A stretch of 64,000 nucleotides of DNA, taken from contig WGCU01000053.1 in NCBI GenBank assembly GCA_015493635.1, forward strand, positions 813 to 64,812. The letters are read 5' to 3'. The position numbers and the translations under genes were made by a program. The DNA comes from Spirochaetaceae bacterium (lineage in GTDB: Bacteria > Spirochaetota > Spirochaetia > B11-G9). The notes under the pieces are model-generated. The model was not told the DNA's origin, made no database searches, and worked only from the letters and a program-made list of their open reading frames with translations. Of this stretch, positions 37,038 to 47,678 are shown piece by piece (the stretch's first letter is position 1; each line of letters opens with the position of its first letter).

Positions 37038-39758
37038 CTATCTTCCGTGGCAGTACTTGTATTTCTTGCCGCTTCCACAGGGGCATGGATCATTTCTGCC
37101 AACTTTCGGGTATGTACGAACTACCTGTGCTCCCTCAGGCTTTGATCCTTCCGGGTGCTGTCCCCCGCCGCCTGTAAACTGGCTTATATCATTATGGCTT
37201 GCCGTTGCTCCTCGGTGTCCGCTTCTTCTGTAGTGGTCCGCCGGTGATTCCGAAATCTGAACTTTCATAATCATTCGGGCAATATTTGTTTTTATTTCAA
37301 GAATAAGTTTGTCAAATATATCAAACCCTTCAAGTTTGTATTCCAGGAGCGGATTTTTCTGTCCGTATGAACGGAGGTATACTGCTTCCCTGAGAGCTTC
37401 AAGGGTTTCAAGATGTTCCTGCCACCTGTTGTCTATATTTTTAAGGTATTGAAACTTGATAAAATCGTTAAATTGTATTTCACCAACCTGCTCAATCTTC
37501 TCTTTCAGCTGAGCTTCCATTTCCGAAAAAATGGTGTTGGTAAGTTTTTCATCTCCCATATCCCTCATTTCTTTGAATGGAATGGTCAGGGAATAGAAAA
37601 AGTTTTCTTTAAGACCGTTAGTAAGCGTTTCTGTGGCTTTTCGGTAATCATCTTTATTGTCAAAGAAGTCAGTAACAAGGTCTGATATAATTTCTTTTAC
37701 TGCATTCAGAACCCGTTTATAAAGGTGATTGTCAGCAAGAATGGAATTGCGTTGTTCATAGATAAAGGTTCTCTGTTCATTTAAAACATCATCATACTCA
37801 AGCAGGTGCTTACGTATTTCAAAGTTACGTTCTTCAACTTTGCCCTGAGCACGTTCAATAGCTTTATTAATAAGAGAATGATGGAGCGGTTCACCGGTAT
37901 TCATTCCAGCCCGGGCCATAAGTGATTTTAAATTATCCCGCGCAAAGAGTCTCATGAGATCATCATCGAGAGAGAGAAAAAAACGTGATTGGCCGGGATC
38001 TCCCTGCCGTCCTGAACGTCCCCGGAGCTGATTATCAATCCGCCGTGACTCATGACGCTCGGTTCCAAGAATAAAAAGGCCGCCTGCTTTTTTTACCTCT
38101 TCATAGTCTTTCTGCCATTTTTTATATTCCACGGCAAGCGCTTCACGGTATTCTTCGTCAGTAGCTTCTGTACCGCAGCGTTTACGTGCCCTGAACTCCG
38201 GGTTTCCCCCCAGCTTAATATCCGTTCCGCGTCCAGCCATGTTGGTAGCAATGGTTACAGACCCCTTAGAACCTGCTTCCGCAATAATAAGGGCTTCCCG
38301 TTCATGGTTTTTTGCGTTGAGAATGTTATGTTTAATTCCGCGTCTTGATAGAAGTTTTGCTATATGTTCTGATTTCTCTATCGAAACGGTACCGACAAGG
38401 ACCGGTTGTCCTTTTTTGTGAAGATGTTCTATTTCATCACAAATAGCATTGTATTTGAATTCTTCATTAAGATAGATAACATCATGATCGTCTATTCTGG
38501 CCAAAGGCCTGTTTGTGGGAATAACCATGACATCGAGGTTGTATATTCTGCCGAACTCCCGGGCCTCGGTATCCGCTGTACCGGTCATGCCCGAGATTTT
38601 GTCGTACATTCTGAAGAAATTCTGAAATGTAATGGTAGCAAGAGTGCGGTTTCTCCGCGCTACTCTTATTCCCTCTTTTGCTTCAATAGCCTGGTGAAGA
38701 CCTTCAGAATACCTCCTGCCATGAAGTACCCGTCCGGTAAACTCATCTACAATCTCTACTTTTCCATCCTGAATAACATAATCAACATCAATTTGAAACA
38801 GATGATGTGCTTTCATAGCTTGGGTAAAGTAATGAACGTATTCAAAGTTTTCATCACTGTACAGCGACCCTGAAATAATATGGTGTTTAAGGAGTAATTC
38901 CTCTATTCTGGTCATTCCCTGCTCGGTAAAAGTTATCCTTTTACTTTTCTCTTCAATTTTAAAATCTCCGTCAGGTTCTTCATAGTAGTCGTTTGTTGCA
39001 GGATCCTTGCTGCATTCCTTTAAATACTCAACCAGTCTGTTTACCTCATGAAATTTCTTTGTGTCATCCTCTGCCTGACCTGAAATAATTAAAGGGGTTC
39101 TCGCTTCATCTATGAGAATGGAGTCAATTTCATCTATAATACAATAATGGTGATTTTTCTGGACCCGTTCGTTAAGATCCCAACCCATATTGTCCCGGAG
39201 ATAATCAAACCCGAATTCATTGTTTGTACCGTATGTTATATCTTTGCCGTAGTTTATTTTACGTGCTTCATTATCCATAGGGGAAAGAATGGAGCCGACA
39301 CTTACTCCCATAAAGGAATAAACAGGTTTCATCCATTCAGCATCCCGTTCAGCAAGGTAGTCATTTACCGTTACAACATGTACTCCCTTCCCTTCAAGAG
39401 AATTTAAATAGCCGGCAGGTACACATGATAGTGTTTTCCCTTCACCGGTTTTCATTTCCATAATTCTACCCTGGTGCAGAACGATGGCGCCCAGGATCTG
39501 TACATCATAGTGACGTTCACCGAGAGTCCGCCGTGATGCTTCTCTCGTTAAAGCGAAAGCTTCGGGGAGAAGGTCATCAAGAGTTTCCCCTTTTTTGAGC
39601 CGTTCCTTAAACTCAGCTGTTTTTTTGGGGAAGTCCTCATCTTCGAGTTCCATAGCCCATATTTCAAGTTCATTTATCTTATGGAGGATGGGGAGTAATT
39701 CTTTCAGGTCCCGTTCATGTTTTGACCCGAAAAGAGCTGTTACTATATTTTCAGACAT
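37038..39758 (-). CDS. secA: Preprotein translocase ATPase SecA
   Basis: EMKTGEGKT, DEIDSILIDEARTPLIISG, TNMAGRGTDI, QLRGRSGRQGDPG, C-terminal GRNDPCPCGSGKKYK.CHG. Confidence 0.99.
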   Translation of the reverse strand: MSENIVTALFGSKHERDLKELLPILHKINELEIWAMELEDEDFPKKTAEFKERLKKGETLDDLLPEAFALTREASRRTLGERHYDVQILGAIVLHQGRIMEMKTGEGKTLSCVPAGYLNSLEGKGVHVVTVNDYLAERDAEWMKPVYSFMGVSVGSILSPMDNEARKINYGKDITYGTNNEFGFDYLRDNMGWDLNERVQKNHHYCIIDEIDSILIDEARTPLIISGQAEDDTKKFHEVNRLVEYLKECSKDPATNDYYEEPDGDFKIEEKSKRITFTEQGMTRIEELLLKHHIISGSLYSDENFEYVHYFTQAMKAHHLFQIDVDYVIQDGKVEIVDEFTGRVLHGRRYSEGLHQAIEAKEGIRVARRNRTLATITFQNFFRMYDKISGMTGTADTEAREFGRIYNLDVMVIPTNRPLARIDDHDVIYLNEEFKYNAICDEIEHLHKKGQPVLVGTVSIEKSEHIAKLLSRRGIKHNILNAKNHEREALIIAEAGSKGSVTIATNMAGRGTDIKLGGNPEFRARKRCGTEATDEEYREALAVEYKKWQKDYEEVKKAGGLFILGTERHESRRIDNQLRGRSGRQGDPGQSRFFLSLDDDLMRLFARDNLKSLMARAGMNTGEPLHHSLINKAIERAQGKVEERNFEIRKHLLEYDDVLNEQRTFIYEQRNSILADNHLYKRVLNAVKEIISDLVTDFFDNKDDYRKATETLTNGLKENFFYSLTIPFKEMRDMGDEKLTNTIFSEMEAQLKEKIEQVGEIQFNDFIKFQYLKNIDNRWQEHLETLEALREAVYLRSYGQKNPLLEYKLEGFDIFDKLILEIKTNIARMIMKVQISESPADHYRRSGHRGATASHNDISQFTGGGGQHPEGSKPEGAQVVRTYPKVGRNDPCPCGSGKKYKYCHGR

Positions 39759-39857
39759 CGTATCGTTCCTTATTTTATAAGAGTTTCCTTTTTATCAATA
39801 TACTGTAAATATACCCCGGTGTACAAGCTCAATCGTATATTATATACTCGGTCTACA

Positions 39858-41081
39858 ATGCGAAAACTAATAATTTTGTTGTTATTCGTTCTTTTTGTTC
39901 TTACCGCCTGTTTGAGTAAAAAAACGGATATTATTGAGAAAAAAGTCCTGTTCCATCTGGCTATGGGAAAAGCGGATAATCAGATTGATCTTATTCAGCT
40001 GCCGGGGATCCCTTTTAAGAGAAAAAGCCGTATTGTTATGAAAAACGGTCTTTTCTTTATAAGTAACGGAAATACAGGGAAGATTATGGAATTTACCAGT
40101 TATGGTGATATCATCAATCTGTACTACAATGCAAAGAAAAACCCCGAGCCGATCATGCTTTCTTCTTCTCTGGGGGCAAATACAGTTTCTAATAAGAAAG
40201 CATTTAAATATCCCTTTAACACGATTGGTGAAATTGAAGTTACCAATACCGGAGAACTTCTCGTTGATGACGCGGTTTCAGCAGGAAGGGTTGAAAAAGA
40301 TGATACAACAGGGTCTGTTTTGGATAGAATTGTGCTGCGATTTTCCAAAGACGGAAAGCTAATCGGGTACTTGGGGCAGGAAGGACCTGGAGGAACCCCT
40401 TTCCCGTATATAGAAAAACTTGAAGTAAACGCTCATAATGATATTATTGTTTTTACCCGGACAACAGCTTCCCGTATTATATTCTGGTTTGATGCAGAAG
40501 GAACACTGCTTTATAAAGTACAAATTCGGCTGAATGATCTTCCTCTTCCGGAGGGAACATCTAACCCGATTGCATTTTTAGATACCATGACAGCAGACAG
40601 AAATATGATGATGCTGTATGTAAAAATTGATTATTACGTTCCTGTTTCTAGTGAGGGTGCTCAGGGGAAGGGTACCCCTGAATATAAAGAATCAAAAATT
40701 TGGGAGTTCTCAGTTCCTGAAAATGCTTTTACAAAGGGCATTTCCATCCCTCCGATTACGGCAGAGATGTACGGTCAAGTAAAAAACGGGACAAATTTTA
40801 CCGATGAAGTATATCAGTTTCTTGGATGTGATATTTCCGGGAAACTTTATTTACTCATTCATGTTAAACTTAATACTTTTCAGATGCTTATCCTGTCTCC
40901 CAATGGAACTGTTCTTGCAAGAAGAGATCTTACCATGGACGATCAGCATATTTCCTACAGCAGCTTTTATCTTACTAAAGACGGGTTGTTAACAGCACTC
41001 CTTGGTAAAGAGAAGAAAGCTGATGTTGTATGGTGGAGAAGTGATAAAATACCGGGAGTGAAGGATGCATCGGATAATTAG
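39858..41081 (+). CDS. Spirochaete-type lipoprotein with beta-propeller-like body (LIC_12708-like)
   Basis: Likely start ATG 39858 (MRKLIILL), lipobox LTAC; GQEGPGGTPFPYI segment; family name recalled, not verified. Confidence 0.65.
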   Translation: MRKLIILLLFVLFVLTACLSKKTDIIEKKVLFHLAMGKADNQIDLIQLPGIPFKRKSRIVMKNGLFFISNGNTGKIMEFTSYGDIINLYYNAKKNPEPIMLSSSLGANTVSNKKAFKYPFNTIGEIEVTNTGELLVDDAVSAGRVEKDDTTGSVLDRIVLRFSKDGKLIGYLGQEGPGGTPFPYIEKLEVNAHNDIIVFTRTTASRIIFWFDAEGTLLYKVQIRLNDLPLPEGTSNPIAFLDTMTADRNMMMLYVKIDYYVPVSSEGAQGKGTPEYKESKIWEFSVPENAFTKGISIPPITAEMYGQVKNGTNFTDEVYQFLGCDISGKLYLLIHVKLNTFQMLILSPNGTVLARRDLTMDDQHISYSSFYLTKDGLLTALLGKEKKADVVWWRSDKIPGVKDASDN

Positions 41082-42573
41082 TTCAAAAAAGATGGCTGCA
41101 CTGGATGAGGAAGCACAACAGCGGTACCAAATCCCCGGAAGTATTCTTATGGAAAATGCCGGGTTAAAAACATGGCAGTACCTTGCAAATCTGGAAGTTA
41201 TTTTACAGTCTGATAAACCGCTTCTTTTTGCAGCCGGTTCAGGAAATAACGGCGGAGACGCTCTTGCTGCGGCCCGTCATGCATTCAGTATGTATCCGGA
41301 AAGAGTTGTTGTTATTTTTTCCGGTGAAAGCCGGAGTGAAAACTGTATCCTCCAGGCAAAAATGATCCGTTCTCACAGTATACCATCGTTATACTGGCCG
41401 AAAGACAGGCTGGAGATAACCAAAATTGTTAATACCGCTGGACTCATTGTTGATGGTCTAAACGGTACCGGTTTAAGGGGAAAGTTGAGTGACCATACCG
41501 CGGCACTGGTTGCGCTGCTCAATGCTTCTCCAGCTTTCAGAGCGGCAATTGATATCCCCAGCGGTGTTACCGAAGGGTTCAGCCGGGAATATCCCCACTT
41601 TAATGCGGATGTAACACTTACCATGGGTCTGCCGAAGATTTCACTCTTTCTGCCGGAGAGCCGCTCAGCCTGTGGAGATATCGTCGTAATAAATCCGGGT
41701 TTTCCTGAGAAGCTTCTTCAGGATGAGCAGGGCACCGGGTATCTCTATTCATTAAAAGATTTTTCCCTGCCCGGTATAGAAAAAACTGCGTATAAAAACA
41801 CCCGGGGGCATGCCGCCGTCTTTGCCGGGTCTGTCGGGTTTACCGGTGCAGCAGTTCTTTCCGCTTCCGCTGCCGCACGGGTCAGAACCGGTCTTGTAAC
41901 ACTGCATGTTGATGACAATCTCTACCCCTCGCTTGTATCCGGGGCGGATTCCGTCATGGTCAGACCCCTTCCCGGTCCGTTTCCCCTTGAATACCTGTCA
42001 TCCTTTTCCGCATATTTGGCAGGTCCCGGATGGGGGATGGACCCTTCCCGGGAAGAGTACCTGCGTGTTCTATTGAAAAGTTCTCTTCCCGGTGTCATTG
42101 ATGCGGATGGTATCCGGCATTTGAAGAACATATTCCTGAAAGGGGAAGGGAAGGGGAATATCCATGGAACTGAATGTGTCATAACGCCGCATCCTGGGGA
42201 ACTGGCCCTTTTTTCCGGTATCTCGAAGAAAGAGATTCTTGTAAACCCGCTTCCTCTTCTTGAGGAAATTGCAAAGAGGTACAATCTCGTTGTTGTCTTG
42301 AAATCTCATGTTACCTACGTAACTGCTCCTGACGGAAGGGTAGGTATTGTCGATGGAATGAATCCTGCACTGGGTACAGGCGGGACAGGGGATATCCTTG
42401 CAGGAATAATAACCGGGTTTCTTGCTCAGGGTATTCCTGCCTTTGAAGCTTCAGTACAGGGAGTTTTGCTGCATCAGGAAGCCGGTACGAGATGTTTTAA
42501 ACAAAGAGGATGGTTTTTATCCGAAGATCTGTTCCCCTATCTTTCAAAGCTGATAATGGAAGCTGGTATGTAA
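41065..42573 (+). CDS. nnr: Bifunctional NAD(P)H-hydrate epimerase/dehydratase
   Basis: LMENAG, GSGNNGGD, DGLNGTG, AIDIPSG; K..RGH, GPGWG, DADG, TPHPGE, GGTGDILAG. Confidence 0.93.
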   Translation: MHRIISSKKMAALDEEAQQRYQIPGSILMENAGLKTWQYLANLEVILQSDKPLLFAAGSGNNGGDALAAARHAFSMYPERVVVIFSGESRSENCILQAKMIRSHSIPSLYWPKDRLEITKIVNTAGLIVDGLNGTGLRGKLSDHTAALVALLNASPAFRAAIDIPSGVTEGFSREYPHFNADVTLTMGLPKISLFLPESRSACGDIVVINPGFPEKLLQDEQGTGYLYSLKDFSLPGIEKTAYKNTRGHAAVFAGSVGFTGAAVLSASAAARVRTGLVTLHVDDNLYPSLVSGADSVMVRPLPGPFPLEYLSSFSAYLAGPGWGMDPSREEYLRVLLKSSLPGVIDADGIRHLKNIFLKGEGKGNIHGTECVITPHPGELALFSGISKKEILVNPLPLLEEIAKRYNLVVVLKSHVTYVTAPDGRVGIVDGMNPALGTGGTGDILAGIITGFLAQGIPAFEASVQGVLLHQEAGTRCFKQRGWFLSEDLFPYLSKLIMEAGM

Positions 42574-43082
42574 TGGGAAAAGATGAGTTTAAGAGAAAAG
42601 ATGAGTTTACATACTATTTTAACAAGGAAGAATATAATCACCGGCGGATATCCCGCGTGGAAGTACCGGCTAAATCCCGTCCCTTTAAAGATAATAAAAC
42701 ACTCTGGATAATTCTCCTTGACCTTGGTGTTATTTTCCTTTTTGCTGTTATCCTTTTGCCGCTGCTCAGAAAACCGTACAGTGTAAAAAATTTTGAGGGG
42801 TACAGTCTGAAACTTACATCATTTATTTCCAGCGGAAAGGTTTATGCTGTTCTTGATGTTGCTGACAACGGTAAGAAAGAGCAGGATGCTGCTCCGCTTG
42901 CTTCTATTCAATTTTATATATCTGATGAAAAAGATTCCTGGACTATTTCGGATTCTCTCCCTGAAAAAGGGAAGTCAACCAGTTATTCCCATTTTTTTTC
43001 ACAGTCTTCTGCCAAACGGGTGTATGCAAAGGTACGTATTGGAAATAAAACCGTGATCCTGAGAGTAAAAGTTACAGAATAA
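42573..43082 (+). CDS. Hypothetical single-TM protein
   Basis: Start placed at ATG 42573 (TAATG overlap with nnr stop); one TM helix. Confidence 0.65.
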   Translation: MGKDEFKRKDEFTYYFNKEEYNHRRISRVEVPAKSRPFKDNKTLWIILLDLGVIFLFAVILLPLLRKPYSVKNFEGYSLKLTSFISSGKVYAVLDVADNGKKEQDAAPLASIQFYISDEKDSWTISDSLPEKGKSTSYSHFFSQSSAKRVYAKVRIGNKTVILRVKVTE

Positions 43083-43146
43083 TTTTTTTCTGATTGACCC
43101 ATTGATTGCTTTTCTTTATTTTAAAGTATAGACAGGAGGTAAAATA

Positions 43147-43560
43147 ATGGTCCAGTTTTATTTTTTAGCAGTTTGTCTCAATATTATTGGAGGGCTTATT
43201 CTTGCTGCACCTTATTTCCAGGAGAAAATGCCTTTTCTTGGAAGTATGAAAAAAGCTCTTGTTGGAAAACAGTCCGGAAGGGTTATTTTTGTTCTCCTTC
43301 TTCTTTTTACCGGTCTCTTTAAAATTTTAAGTGTTACGAAAGGTGATGTTCCCATTGTAGGTGATCTTATCCCTGCTTTAAGTCTTTTTTTACTTGCTTT
43401 GACTCTGATAGTTGATTTTTTTGCAGAGAAGTCAAGTGTTGAGGGAACGATGGTTCACAAGCTTGAAGGTGTACTTGTAAAAAACAGTCAGGTAATCGGT
43501 GTAACTGCTGTTGTTGTTGGAGTACTTCACTTTATTTTCCCCGGTGTACTTTTTCTTTAG
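43147..43560 (+). CDS. Hypothetical four-TM membrane protein
   Basis: AGGAGG RBS; four hydrophobic segments; ends HFIFPGVLFL. Confidence 0.75.
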   Translation: MVQFYFLAVCLNIIGGLILAAPYFQEKMPFLGSMKKALVGKQSGRVIFVLLLLFTGLFKILSVTKGDVPIVGDLIPALSLFLLALTLIVDFFAEKSSVEGTMVHKLEGVLVKNSQVIGVTAVVVGVLHFIFPGVLFL

Positions 43561-43575
43561 ATCAAGGGAGGTTTT

Positions 43576-43986
43576 ATGACAGATGGCAGAAGAATTTCTA
43601 CAGCAGGAATAGCTCTACGAGAAGGGAAGGTTTTTGTCGCTCTGCGGAAACCCGGTACAACGATAGGTGAGAGCTGGGAGTTTCCCGGAGGAAAAGCGGA
43701 ACCGGGAGAAACCCCTGCAGATACACTGAAGCGGGAATACATTGAAGAATTTGATCTGAAAATAACCGTGGGAGATCAGCTTTGTGAAGGGAGTTTTAAT
43801 AACGGGGATAACGAGTACCGCCTTGTTGGGTACCAAATATACTTTAAGGGTGGCAGTCCGGTTCTGAAAGAGCACAGTGAATACCGCTGGGTATCTATTG
43901 ATGAGCTTCCCGCACTCCCCATGGCGGCTTCAGATAAACAGATTGCCCGGTGTCTCATGGAAAAAAGGAGCAGCCTTGTTTCGTAA
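43576..43986 (+). CDS. NUDIX hydrolase, MutT-like
   Basis: Nudix box WEFPGGKAEPGETPADTLKREYIEE; GGAGG RBS. Confidence 0.9.
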   Translation: MTDGRRISTAGIALREGKVFVALRKPGTTIGESWEFPGGKAEPGETPADTLKREYIEEFDLKITVGDQLCEGSFNNGDNEYRLVGYQIYFKGGSPVLKEHSEYRWVSIDELPALPMAASDKQIARCLMEKRSSLVS

Positions 43987-43994
43987 ATTTTTTC

Positions 43995-45275
43995 CTATAT
44001 AACCGTTCCGTCAGGAATTATGGTATTTTTAGGAATAATGATTATACCGTCTTCTATAGAATAGTTGCTGTATTCCCCGTCTTCCCTTGGGATGTGGTCA
44101 ATTCCTATTCTGCAGCTGTCGCCTATACGGGCATCAAAATCGATAATTGCCCTTTTTATAAGTGTTCCTCTTCCTATACCAAGATTCGGAATTCTCATTT
44201 TTTCATTGCGCTTTTTTTCTTCTGGAGTTTCATAGTATGTTGCTCCCATGCAGTAAACCCCTTCCAGATTTGCTCCTGTTTCTATAATGGTTCTGATACC
44301 TATTATCGAGTTTCCAATTGAAGCATTTGTTATAATACTCCCTTCTGCGGCTAGGGTTGTGGATACGGTGCAGAAATTCATTTTTGTAGCAGGAAGATGC
44401 CGTCTATGAGTATAAACCGGCATAGTTTCATCATAAAAGTTAAAACTTGGTGACAAAGATGCCAAATTTATATTCGCTTCGTAGAATGCTTTAACTGTTC
44501 CGATATCTTCCCAGTAACGGGTAAAGGGATAGACGTTAACGTGCCTCTTTTTAATAGCATCCGGAATAATGTGTTTACCGAAATCAGTAAGATCATTGCT
44601 GAGAAGTTCTTCCATAACAGAAGCATTAAAAATATAAATTCCCATGGATGCGAGGTAGTCTTCTCTGTCAGCAACTTCTCCGGAATTCCCAATAATTTCT
44701 TTTGGATATTTCAAATGGGTAATATCAGTATCAGCAAAAGGTTTTTCAATAAACTCCGTTGCACTGCCGGTTTTGTCCACATTGATAATTCCAAGACCTT
44801 CCGCATTCTCCCGTGTAACAGGTTTCGCAGCAATACTTACTTCAGCACTGCTTTCGATATGTTTGTTCAACATGTCGGCAAGATCCATCCTGTACAACTG
44901 GTCGCCGGAAAGGATTATATAGTGGGAGGGGTGCTGGCTTCTAAAGTGAACCAGATTTTTCCGGACAGCGTCAGCGGTCCCCTGATACCATTCTGATCCC
45001 TGGAACGTCTGTTCCGCAGCAAGTATCTCAACAAATCCTTTTGTGAATACATCAAAGATGTAGGTGTTGGCCAGATGATTATGCAGAGAAGCGGAATTAA
45101 ACTGTGTAAGGATGTATATCTGCTTGATCCCCGAATTGATGCAGTTTGAAATAGGTATATCGACAAGCCGGTACTTTCCTCCAAATGGTACTGCGGGTTT
45201 TGCACGTTCTTTTGTAAGAGGGTAGAGTCTGGTCCCCTTTCCGCCGCCCAGTACTATAGCAAGTGGTTTGGCCAT
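43995..45275 (-). CDS. glgC: Glucose-1-phosphate adenylyltransferase
   Basis: LGGGKGTRLYPLT..RAKPAVPFGG, WYQGTADAV, LSGDQLY, FIEKP, ASMGIY, YWEDIGT. Confidence 0.97.
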   Translation of the reverse strand: MAKPLAIVLGGGKGTRLYPLTKERAKPAVPFGGKYRLVDIPISNCINSGIKQIYILTQFNSASLHNHLANTYIFDVFTKGFVEILAAEQTFQGSEWYQGTADAVRKNLVHFRSQHPSHYIILSGDQLYRMDLADMLNKHIESSAEVSIAAKPVTRENAEGLGIINVDKTGSATEFIEKPFADTDITHLKYPKEIIGNSGEVADREDYLASMGIYIFNASVMEELLSNDLTDFGKHIIPDAIKKRHVNVYPFTRYWEDIGTVKAFYEANINLASLSPSFNFYDETMPVYTHRRHLPATKMNFCTVSTTLAAEGSIITNASIGNSIIGIRTIIETGANLEGVYCMGATYYETPEEKKRNEKMRIPNLGIGRGTLIKRAIIDFDARIGDSCRIGIDHIPREDGEYSNYSIEDGIIIIPKNTIIPDGTVI

Positions 45276-45364
45276 TTTTTCCTCCTGGCGTTCTCTTCCG
45301 ATACTTCAGTATACCAGAATTTATCCCGGACTGAAAGTTTTTTATCAATTATTTGAAACAGGTA

Positions 45365-45380
45365 TGGTATACTGCTTAGT
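45365..45380 (+). promoter_or_regulatory. Extended -10 promoter, probably leaderless mrfA transcript
   Basis: TG-g-TATACT (45365-45373), 7 nt, ATG 45381; no SD. Confidence 0.5.
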
Positions 45381-47678
45381 ATGAAAACCCTTGAACAAGT
45401 ACTTGATTTTTTTGAGTCTGACAGACGATTTATGGACAACGTTACCCGCTGGGAAAAGATTCCGCCGTCTGAAGGGGTGTATGCTCCCCTCCCGGAAACA
45501 CTGGACCCGGCCATTGCATCAGCTCTCGCCGGTAAGGGGATAACAAAACTTTACTCACACCAGAGGGAAAGTTATGATGCGGTTATGCAGGGACAAAATA
45601 TTGTTGTGGTTACTCCTACTGCCAGCGGGAAAAGTCTCTGTTACAATCTGCCTGTTTTACAGAGTCTGTTAAAAAATCCTGAGGCCCGGGCACTGTATCT
45701 TTTCCCCACAAAAGCACTCAGTCAGGATCAGCAGTCTGAGCTGAATACTATTATCACCTCCGGCCGGCTGCCGTTGAAAGTTTCCACGTACGATGGTGAT
45801 ACTCCATCATCGGTGAGGGTTTCAGCGAGGAATACCGGAAGAATAGTTATTACGAATCCTGATATGCTTCATACAGGGGTGCTTCCCAATCATCCCAAGT
45901 GGATAAAATTCCTGAGCCATCTTGAGTACATTGTTATTGATGAGATTCATACCTATACAGGAATTTTTGGATCCCACATGACAAATCTCATGCGCAGATT
46001 AAAACGGATAGCACAGTTCTATGGAGCTTCACCCGTTTTTATCTGCTGCTCAGCGACGATCCATAACCCCGGAGAACTGGCTGAAGGTATTGTTGAACAG
46101 GCTGTCCACCGGATAGACAAAAACGGTGCTCCTTCCGGGGCGAAACAGGTTATTCTCTATAATCCGCCTCTGGTGGACCACATTCAGGGGATACGCCGGG
46201 GGGTTGTTCTTGAATCCAGGCATATCGCGCTGAATTTTATAAAAGAAAAAATTAAAACAATTGTTTTTGCAAAATCGAGGGTGCGTACAGAGCTTATAGC
46301 TTCCTACATAAATGCATCACTGCAAAATTTATTTACTGACAATAAAAGGATCCGGGTCGAGGCATACAGGGGCGGCTATCTTCCTTCACAGAGAAGGGCA
46401 ATAGAAAGAGGGCTCCGCGAGGGAAAGATCCACGGGGTAGTTTCTACAAATGCTCTTGAGCTTGGAATTGATATTGGAGGCCTTGATGCAGCTGTTCTCG
46501 CAGGGTTTCCTGGTTCTATTGCATCCGTCTGGCAGCAGGCTGGAAGAGCGGGACGGCGAAATAATCTTTCCGCTGCTGTCATTGTTGCTTCCGCGTCTCC
46601 CACAGATCAGTATCTTGTAAAACATCCCGATTACTTTTTCTCAAAAAATCCGGAATCAGGGTGGATCAATCCGGATAATATTTTTGTACTCTCCGACCAT
46701 TTAAAGTGTGCAGTTTTTGAGCTGCCTTTCAGTGAGGGAGATGAGTTCAGCGGAAGAGTTGATGAGTTTATGGAGCTCCTGGAGGAAGAAGGGGTTGTCC
46801 GGTATGCCGGCGGGAAATGGTTCTGGGCTGACCGCTCATATCCTGCTGAACAAATCAGCCTCCGCAGTTCAACTCCCGAGAACATCGTTATTATAAATAC
46901 AACGAAGGGTAAAAATGAGGTTATCGGAGAGATGGATCTTCCTTCGGCCAAGGAACTGCTTTTTAAAAATGCGGTTTATATTCATCAGGGAGAGCAGTAT
47001 CTGTCAAAGCAGCTCGACCTTGAAAATAAATGCTGCTATGTTGAAGAATCGGAGATTAACTACTATACAGATTCCATTGTAAAAACAGATATAAAATTAC
47101 TTAAAGTTGATAACGGCGGGATACTCTCCGGCGTATCCTATATTCTGGGGGATGTTCTTGTAAGGAGCCAGGTTGCAAAGTACAAGAAACTTAAATTCGG
47201 TTCTCATGAGAATATTGGATATGGTGAAATATTTTTACCGGAAGAAGAGATGCACACCCGTTCCGCTGTTTTGTATTTAAAACCTGAGACTCCGGCAGGA
47301 GCTGCCTTTGCTCTGTGCCCGGAACAGATAAAAGAGAAAGTTATTGCAGGCGCAGGGACCTTGATAAAGAATTCAGCACCTGTTTTTCTTCTCTGTGATA
47401 TTCATGATATCGGAATTGCTGAACGGCTTAAAGATCCCCATAGCGGGGATCCGTCTTTCTATCTTTATGATTCCGCCCCTGGAGGATCGGGGCTCTCGGA
47501 AGGTTTTGTTAACCGTCTTGATGAGATTATCCAGGCAGCCTTTGATATTGTTTCTTCCTGTCCCTGTGAGAGAGGCTGCCCGTCATGTATCGGAGCCGAA
47601 GATGCAGGTACCGCGGAAGAAGAGAACGTGAAAGAGGAAGTTGCTGCATTTTTAAAACGATGGCTTCGGAAAGAGTAG
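45381..47678 (+). CDS. mrfA: DEAD/DEAH-box helicase with C-terminal Zn-binding DUF1998 (MrfA/SftH/Hrq1 family)
   Basis: LYSHQ, TPTASGKS, FPTKALSQDQ, DEIH, TNALELGIDIG, QQAGRAGR, LCD..D and CPCERGCPSC. Confidence 0.9.
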   Translation: MKTLEQVLDFFESDRRFMDNVTRWEKIPPSEGVYAPLPETLDPAIASALAGKGITKLYSHQRESYDAVMQGQNIVVVTPTASGKSLCYNLPVLQSLLKNPEARALYLFPTKALSQDQQSELNTIITSGRLPLKVSTYDGDTPSSVRVSARNTGRIVITNPDMLHTGVLPNHPKWIKFLSHLEYIVIDEIHTYTGIFGSHMTNLMRRLKRIAQFYGASPVFICCSATIHNPGELAEGIVEQAVHRIDKNGAPSGAKQVILYNPPLVDHIQGIRRGVVLESRHIALNFIKEKIKTIVFAKSRVRTELIASYINASLQNLFTDNKRIRVEAYRGGYLPSQRRAIERGLREGKIHGVVSTNALELGIDIGGLDAAVLAGFPGSIASVWQQAGRAGRRNNLSAAVIVASASPTDQYLVKHPDYFFSKNPESGWINPDNIFVLSDHLKCAVFELPFSEGDEFSGRVDEFMELLEEEGVVRYAGGKWFWADRSYPAEQISLRSSTPENIVIINTTKGKNEVIGEMDLPSAKELLFKNAVYIHQGEQYLSKQLDLENKCCYVEESEINYYTDSIVKTDIKLLKVDNGGILSGVSYILGDVLVRSQVAKYKKLKFGSHENIGYGEIFLPEEEMHTRSAVLYLKPETPAGAAFALCPEQIKEKVIAGAGTLIKNSAPVFLLCDIHDIGIAERLKDPHSGDPSFYLYDSAPGGSGLSEGFVNRLDEIIQAAFDIVSSCPCERGCPSCIGAEDAGTAEEENVKEEVAAFLKRWLRKE

